DNA of 64,000 nt from Candidatus Poribacteria bacterium (GTDB lineage: Bacteria; Poribacteria; WGA-4E; WGA-3G). A program made the translations under genes and the position numbers. The DNA is taken from contig CBDANF010000002.1 in assembly GCA_965197475.1 (NCBI GenBank), positions 704,001-768,000 on the forward strand. Reading direction: 5' to 3'. Below, piece after piece: positions 58,380 to 64,000 of this stretch (positions within the stretch are counted from its first letter, which is position 1; each line of letters opens with the position of its first letter). The notes under the pieces are model-generated. The model worked only from the letters and a program-made list of their open reading frames with translations. It ran no database searches and was not told the origin of the DNA.

Positions 58380-60983
58380 TTACAATTGTAATGCTTCATC
58401 AAGAGCTTCACGGAATTGATTTTGGTTTTTTTCCTGATAAAACGGCAAACCGATAATGCGATAGTTCTTATCCTCTATTATGAGTTCAGTTTTACGCTCG
58501 GTATCAATCTCCTTTAGAAAATCTTCTTTCCATCTGTCAAAGTCTTCAATGTGCTCACCTTTAGGTTCAATAAAAAGTTGATAACTCAGTGTTTCACCGT
58601 TTTCTTTGCCCAAAATGAGGACAAAGTCGGGTTGGAAGGCACGACCGTCAAAGAAGTTATAGATGTAAAAATGTCTCTCGTTACGGATGAGATAAACGTC
58701 ATCGTAAGTTTCTTGTAGTTCCGCAAGGTGTGTCTGTAGAAATTCCACGAATGCTTTTTCTTCACTGGTGCCGTAGAGTCCATTAAATGCATACCATTTT
58801 GCCGCTTTCGAGAGACGCTCGGCAAGGTGATTCTCATCAGCACGGGTGCTTTTAGCATTGAATTTCAGGATTTTGTTATCAAAAATAGTGTGGATTTGTT
58901 CCCTATAAAAGTGTTTTGTGCCTTCGTGTTCGGTAATTTGTTCACGTAGTTCGGATTCAATTTTTTCTAAAAGATCACAACATGCCCTGAGCTTTTCTGC
59001 TGGATTATCTTCTAAATGAGAACGATCACCCTTGAATTTGATTGACAAGCCTCCCAAAAAGTTATCCGAAGTCCTAAATTCCTGCATGGATTTCAAATGC
59101 GGAAAATATCGCTTTAGAGATGCAAACTTGAAAAACGGATTACGCGCAATAGCCGTTTGGACAATATTCTGTTCAATATCAGTTATCGTTATGTCCCGAC
59201 TATCTTTGTTCTGCGTGGTATAGGTTCGGTCATCCTCTGTCATACCCGTTACGTCGCCAGATCCTTCATAGACGGTATGCTCATGCCATTTCTTTTGGAC
59301 ACTTAGCGACTTTAAGTCTTCAAAAGATTTGACGTCTTTATAGTCTCTCGGTGCCTGTTTATTTACCCATATAACACCGTATTTGTATAAATCGGTTTCC
59401 TTGAATTCTTTTTTTAGCTTCAGTTTGCGAGTTACAACCTGTTCGTCTATTAGACCTTCCTGAATCAATGCTTTTTTGATCTCGGAGATATAGGGCAAAT
59501 CGTTAATGCTGTGATAATGAAATTCTTCCAGTACGCGGAGTTCATGCTCCATGTCTTCATCAAATTTGCGGGTGTACTTATCTTCATGTTCCGGCGGCAG
59601 ACTAAAAGGATAATAACGGGCTCCGCGTCCAATAAGTTGTGCCTCAGCAATTGTGGTTTTTCCAATTTTGTTATGTCCTGTACTGCCGGTATCGTAACAG
59701 CGAACGATGTCAAATAGATTCAACACATCCCACCCCTCACTGAGCATCTGCACAGCGAAGATAGCACGGATAGGATTGTCTTTTTCTTCAAGCCTGTTTA
59801 CCCCCACCTGATACTTCTCTTTCTCTATTTTGGAGTTGACAGCGAGGCAGTATCTCTCATGGAAAGCCCTTTGTAGGCGGTGTGCTAACTGATCGGAGCT
59901 GATTTTACGTTTTTTAAAGAAGCGAAACGCTTGTTTAATAATCGGAACTTCAGACCGCCGAATCTTGTCAATATCTTTTCCTGTGAGTGCGTCAATAAGT
60001 TTATGAAAATCTACTTTGTTTTTCTCGGAATCTGGGATCGTTTTCGCCTTAAACAGAATAACCGGTTTCAGTTGGATTTTGTGTTTCGCTGCAACAGACT
60101 CCTTGTAATAACTGAGAATAAGTGCCTGTAAATTGCGATTCTTCAGACTGAAACTTGATCTCACTATTTCTATGTCTTTTGAATATTTGTCATTCCGAAA
60201 TTGGACTAAATCATAGCGGTAGATGATCTTATTCCTATACTTATCCGCTATTGCAGGCGTTTTGTCATCAAAAGTAGCGGTAAATTCCAGCAACAGATTA
60301 TCACTGTTTGCGTTAAATATATTTTCAACGGTGTTTTCCCATGTTGGTTTTCCTACCGGATTCGGATTTTCTCCCATTAAGTCCAATTGCAACTGCGCCC
60401 GCGTAGAGACATTCATGTGGTGTGCTTCATCAGACAAGAGAACAATTTTCTTTTTCTTAAAATCGTCAAAAGTTAAGGCGTTCTCTTTTTCTGTTGTCAA
60501 ATCGCTGTGTAACTTCTGAATTGTAGTGAATCGGATGTTAATGTGGTTCTCGTTGACCCCTTCAAAATTTTCCACCTCCGTCACCTTAACCTGATCACCT
60601 TTGTAGTAGATAGTATTATTGAAAAGGTATTTTGAAGATCCTGGGTTGAAGAAATTGTCTTTTGTTTTCTCAATGATATTGTCTGCATTAACGAAGAATA
60701 GGAAATTACGGTATCCGTGTTCATAGAGATAAAGAATCAAACCTGCCATAATAAGCGTCTTACCGCTGCCTGTTGCCATATTGAAAAGCAGATGCAAGGG
60801 ATTTCTCTTACCGGGAAAACCATTGTTTAAGCAGTGGATAAATCTTGCAAATGCCTCTATTTGATAGGGACGAAGTTCATAAGCAGGACTCAAATTTTGC
60901 GTAATGCTTTCCGGCATTTCAGGTTTGGGAACTCCGAACTCGAAAGCATTTGTAAGTCGTTCATATAGAAATTGTTCAGGCAT
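58380..60983 (-). CDS. res: Type III restriction enzyme Res subunit
   Basis: MATGSGKT, DEAHH, FTAT, QLIGRGARY, C-terminal PDF...IEPKG nuclease motif. Confidence 0.92.
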   Translation of the reverse strand: MPEQFLYERLTNAFEFGVPKPEMPESITQNLSPAYELRPYQIEAFARFIHCLNNGFPGKRNPLHLLFNMATGSGKTLIMAGLILYLYEHGYRNFLFFVNADNIIEKTKDNFFNPGSSKYLFNNTIYYKGDQVKVTEVENFEGVNENHINIRFTTIQKLHSDLTTEKENALTFDDFKKKKIVLLSDEAHHMNVSTRAQLQLDLMGENPNPVGKPTWENTVENIFNANSDNLLLEFTATFDDKTPAIADKYRNKIIYRYDLVQFRNDKYSKDIEIVRSSFSLKNRNLQALILSYYKESVAAKHKIQLKPVILFKAKTIPDSEKNKVDFHKLIDALTGKDIDKIRRSEVPIIKQAFRFFKKRKISSDQLAHRLQRAFHERYCLAVNSKIEKEKYQVGVNRLEEKDNPIRAIFAVQMLSEGWDVLNLFDIVRCYDTGSTGHNKIGKTTIAEAQLIGRGARYYPFSLPPEHEDKYTRKFDEDMEHELRVLEEFHYHSINDLPYISEIKKALIQEGLIDEQVVTRKLKLKKEFKETDLYKYGVIWVNKQAPRDYKDVKSFEDLKSLSVQKKWHEHTVYEGSGDVTGMTEDDRTYTTQNKDSRDITITDIEQNIVQTAIARNPFFKFASLKRYFPHLKSMQEFRTSDNFLGGLSIKFKGDRSHLEDNPAEKLRACCDLLEKIESELREQITEHEGTKHFYREQIHTIFDNKILKFNAKSTRADENHLAERLSKAAKWYAFNGLYGTSEEKAFVEFLQTHLAELQETYDDVYLIRNERHFYIYNFFDGRAFQPDFVLILGKENGETLSYQLFIEPKGEHIEDFDRWKEDFLKEIDTERKTELIIEDKNYRIIGLPFYQEKNQNQFREALDEALQL

Positions 60984-61006
60984 CGTTATCTCCTTCAAAA
61001 AACATC

Positions 61007-62272
61007 TTATTCAACACCTTCTTCCTCGCCAACAACAGAATCTGCATCCTCTATTTCCGAATTATTCTTTTGGTTTTCGTTAGGTGGGGTAGACAGATAA
61101 AAATAAATTTGATCAAGGATCAAAAGTGCCTGTAATGCCTTCTCTGCAGAATATCCCTTTTCTAATGCCTCACCATGACCAACGCTGTGACGCGATAAAT
61201 CGTCGGTGACATTTGCAAGGTCAAAGTTCTTAAAGAAACTATTTTCAAGATACATTAGAAATTCGTTGGGCAATAATAGTGAATGTTCATCATCAACGTT
61301 ACATTTTGCAACCTCTAAGAGATGTTCAAGCGGTTTCTTAATTTTGTATGCCCCTTCTTTGTGATCTGCACGATACAAAGAACGCATAATACCCTCAATT
61401 TCCGGATAGAGATTCTTAACGCAACTTATGTAGTCGCTTTTGGTTCCACCAAGGAATGCGTCAAGACCGGGTTTCAAAAGTTCACGTTTGTCCTGAAAAA
61501 AGGGATTTTCCCACCACTTGTCAGTAATTGTTTTTACGCGTTGTTCGTTGAAACTATCAAGCAGCGTTTTTACCTCATCATCGTAAGCAAATTTATCATT
61601 TTTATATGTTTCAAATAATGTTTTATACTCATTACCTAAAATTTCTACAAAAGGAAACCATCCATCCGCAACCATTTTCTTAAAAATAGGTTCTGATTCC
61701 AGACTTTGATAGACATATTGAAATGCTAAATATCTATAGAGTTGTCCTAACTGCGTTTGCATTTGGACAATATTGGATACCTCAAGTTCCACTTCTTCAA
61801 ATTCTGATGAACCAATCTCCTTTTGCACTAAATTAGGATTACGCACGAAGTTAAAATAGAGCCCGAATTTCCAACCTACTTTTAGGCAACAGATAACCTT
61901 ATCAGATTCTTGTATGTCTATGCCCGGAAACCTTAATTCAATAATATCTGCAATATCATTATCTGAAATCAGTTCATTTTCTTTTAGAGTCCGCTTGGAT
62001 CTACATTTTATCTCCATCGGAAAATCATTAAGATAAATATCTGCACTCAAGTCACGATGAATGAGTATCAGAAAGTTATAAATCGAATTGACACCTATTT
62101 TGTAGTCCGTGGGATAAAAAAAGAGTTTTGATATTTCCTCAATGTATTTGTAAAACATAGGCTGATCTGAAGTCAGACGAGAAACACTCAAAGCCCAAAA
62201 ATAGTGATCCTTAGGTACATTGCAAACCGTAAAACCAGTAATATCTGAAACGTTACCTACGTATAAACGCAT
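61007..62272 (-). CDS. Hypothetical protein with C-terminal HEPN-like RxxxxH motif
   Basis: 421 aa; AAGGAG RBS; LYPEIEGIMR...SRHSVGHG...ALQALLILDQI. Confidence 0.75.
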   Translation of the reverse strand: MRLYVGNVSDITGFTVCNVPKDHYFWALSVSRLTSDQPMFYKYIEEISKLFFYPTDYKIGVNSIYNFLILIHRDLSADIYLNDFPMEIKCRSKRTLKENELISDNDIADIIELRFPGIDIQESDKVICCLKVGWKFGLYFNFVRNPNLVQKEIGSSEFEEVELEVSNIVQMQTQLGQLYRYLAFQYVYQSLESEPIFKKMVADGWFPFVEILGNEYKTLFETYKNDKFAYDDEVKTLLDSFNEQRVKTITDKWWENPFFQDKRELLKPGLDAFLGGTKSDYISCVKNLYPEIEGIMRSLYRADHKEGAYKIKKPLEHLLEVAKCNVDDEHSLLLPNEFLMYLENSFFKNFDLANVTDDLSRHSVGHGEALEKGYSAEKALQALLILDQIYFYLSTPPNENQKNNSEIEDADSVVGEEEGVE

Positions 62273-62325
62273 GATATTTATTGAACTCCTTTCTTAATCT
62301 GATTTTAATTTCCGTGACTTATGTT

Positions 62326-63999
62326 CTAGACTTTTTTGTAAAATTCCCGATTCAGTTCTCTATCTTCCTCACTGACCACAAACGTCTCGTCCGCTATTTC
62401 AGAGAGGTGGACATACAATTGGTTCTTATCCAGCAGCTCTGCTAACAGTTGCTTCTGTTTCTCAACATCATTGATAGCGATAAAGTGTTCTTCTGCTTCC
62501 ATCGGTTCTTGAGGTTTGACATACCAATTCAGAACGGAATCTCTTGACATATCACGCCAAATACCTAAGAGTTCTTCACTTGATTCTGCTGATTGGATTC
62601 GTTCCATAAAAACTTCGTTGTAAGGCATTAGTTCGCATGAGACAAAATTTCCGCTCAGAAGACCTTCTTGTGCGATCACCTTCTCAAGCCGTTCCTTGCA
62701 AACTGTTATATGTTCCTCTAATTGTTCAATAAGTATAAACTGACGTTTACCCCCATCCTGTTTGTTCAGTTCTGATATGGCATGTCCTGTTGTGCCTGAA
62801 CCAGCGAAGAAATCAAGGATAATGTCTCCAGGATCCGTTGTAATTTTCACGATGTCTATGATTGTATGCAATGATTTTGGATATGAAAAAGATTTCTTCC
62901 CAAGTATTTTTTCTAAAAGTCTTGTTCCATGTTGTGTTGCGTTATATTTGTTGTCAGTCCAGGTAGTTTTCGGACGCTCGCCTTTGTAATCAGTTATCCT
63001 CCGCTTAAAAAAGATTTGGATGTGTCCATCTTTATGTTTTTTGGCAACAATTTCGTTATTATCTATTTTCTTTTGTAAAGTTGCAGGAGAGTTTGACCAA
63101 ACCCATTCTATACCGTTTTGTATTGGAAGGACATCATGGTAGTTTTCCTCCTCTGTCAAAAAAATCTGCTGCAAGTCTTTAGAAACATAAATCGAATAAA
63201 ATTGCTTGGGTCTGTCCTCTCGCCGCGCGTTTCTCGTTTCACCCGTTCGCATTAAATTTTCTAACTTGTATCGTGAAATTTCATCTTTTTTATTGTAAGT
63301 TTTCTCTGTTTCTTCGGACATCTCAAAAAAGTTTATCTTTGCAAGTTCCTTATTTTTGGCATAAACCACCATGAATTCGTTTGTTGTCGCAAAAAAATTG
63401 TTATTTGTCTTGCCTGCCGGATGATGAACGATAGTCAAAACCGAAATACGGTTCTCTCTCCCAAAAACTTCATCGGCTAAAGTTCCCAAGTATAAGAGCT
63501 CATAGTTATCTATGGAAATTGCAATAAACCCATCATCTCTCAAGAATTGCTTTGCTACATCCAACCTATTCTTCATAAAAGTGAGCCAACTTGAATGATT
63601 GAAAGTATTGTTATAGGTGAAAATGTTTGCCTCTCCACCTGTATTATACGGTGGATCAATATAAATCAGTTTGACCTGCCCGCGGAACTGCTGTTTGAGG
63701 GTGTGGAGTGCAATGAGGTTGTTACCTTTGATGATAAGGTTCTCACGAATAACACCGTTCTCATCGCGTTCAATTTCTGTTACGTCCTGTTCACCGTTAG
63801 CAGTATGGCGTTTCCAGTTGGTAAGCACCTTTGGATCAAACATTCGATTGATTTCATCTTGTGCAAGGATTTCATTGAAGAAAATCTCTTTGCGTTTTTC
63901 TTCTTCTTTTGTCTGTCCGCCTTCAAGCACGCAATCTTTGTAGGGCCAAACGAGTGCAACTTCGTCTCGTTCAGGGAGAAATTTATTGCCAATGTTCAA
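62326..63999 (-). CDS. mod: Type III R-M Mod subunit (m6A methyltransferase), 5' truncated by window edge
   Basis: IIKGNNL, LIYIDPPYNTG, HSSWLTFM, FSYPKS, DFFAGSGTTGHA. Confidence 0.92.
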   Translation of the reverse strand: MNIGNKFLPERDEVALVWPYKDCVLEGGQTKEEEKRKEIFFNEILAQDEINRMFDPKVLTNWKRHTANGEQDVTEIERDENGVIRENLIIKGNNLIALHTLKQQFRGQVKLIYIDPPYNTGGEANIFTYNNTFNHSSWLTFMKNRLDVAKQFLRDDGFIAISIDNYELLYLGTLADEVFGRENRISVLTIVHHPAGKTNNNFFATTNEFMVVYAKNKELAKINFFEMSEETEKTYNKKDEISRYKLENLMRTGETRNARREDRPKQFYSIYVSKDLQQIFLTEEENYHDVLPIQNGIEWVWSNSPATLQKKIDNNEIVAKKHKDGHIQIFFKRRITDYKGERPKTTWTDNKYNATQHGTRLLEKILGKKSFSYPKSLHTIIDIVKITTDPGDIILDFFAGSGTTGHAISELNKQDGGKRQFILIEQLEEHITVCKERLEKVIAQEGLLSGNFVSCELMPYNEVFMERIQSAESSEELLGIWRDMSRDSVLNWYVKPQEPMEAEEHFIAINDVEKQKQLLAELLDKNQLYVHLSEIADETFVVSEEDRELNREFYKKV

Positions 64000-64000
64000 T

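Noticed and set aside
61007-62272. PrrC or RloC assignment
   Set aside because: No Walker A/B or ABC signature; only the RxxxxH-type motif is shared
1-64000. Genome-wide TAG reassignment, pyrrolysine or selenocysteine
   Set aside because: TAG terminates many genes at their expected ends, sometimes overlapping the next RBS (21806); no pyl or sel genes; no in-frame TGA at a catalytic Cys was seen
1-64000. rRNA, tRNA, riboswitch, prophage or integron
   Set aside because: No recognisable sequence or gene signatures by eye; a covariance-model scan (Infernal, tRNAscan-SE) is needed to exclude small RNAs

Overview
Bacterial chromosome segment. Its gene repertoire (WD40 proteins, several PhyH dioxygenases and Gfo/Idh/MocA oxidoreductases, sulfatase-like and FGE-domain proteins, Uma2, a large TonB receptor) resembles Candidatus Poribacteria or another sponge-associated lineage; this taxonomy is inference only. 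Intact housekeeping genes are smc (partial), queC, glnD-like, trmB, uvrC, iscS, lpoB and thrS. They alternate with accessory blocks: a decayed circularly permuted ATP-grasp/alpha-E/transglutaminase operon, a PhyH-Gfo-sulfatase-like cluster, four full-length IS elements (IS630, IS1595, IS5, one DDE_Tnp_1 type), IS-derived MITEs carrying REP-like hairpins, and several gene remnants. The right end (about 55.9-64 kb) is a defence island: a type III R-M operon with an uncharacterised RxxxxH (HEPN-like) gene between mod and res, plus a Rho_N-fused DpnA-like methyltransferase whose partner endonuclease survives only as a 5' stub. Best leads: the HEPN-like gene inside the type III R-M operon, an HxG (halogenase-type) PhyH enzyme next to a Thr-nucleophile sulfatase-like enzyme, and the REP-carrying MITEs. 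No rRNA, tRNA, CRISPR array or prophage was seen. All family assignments come from motif recognition by eye, not database searches.
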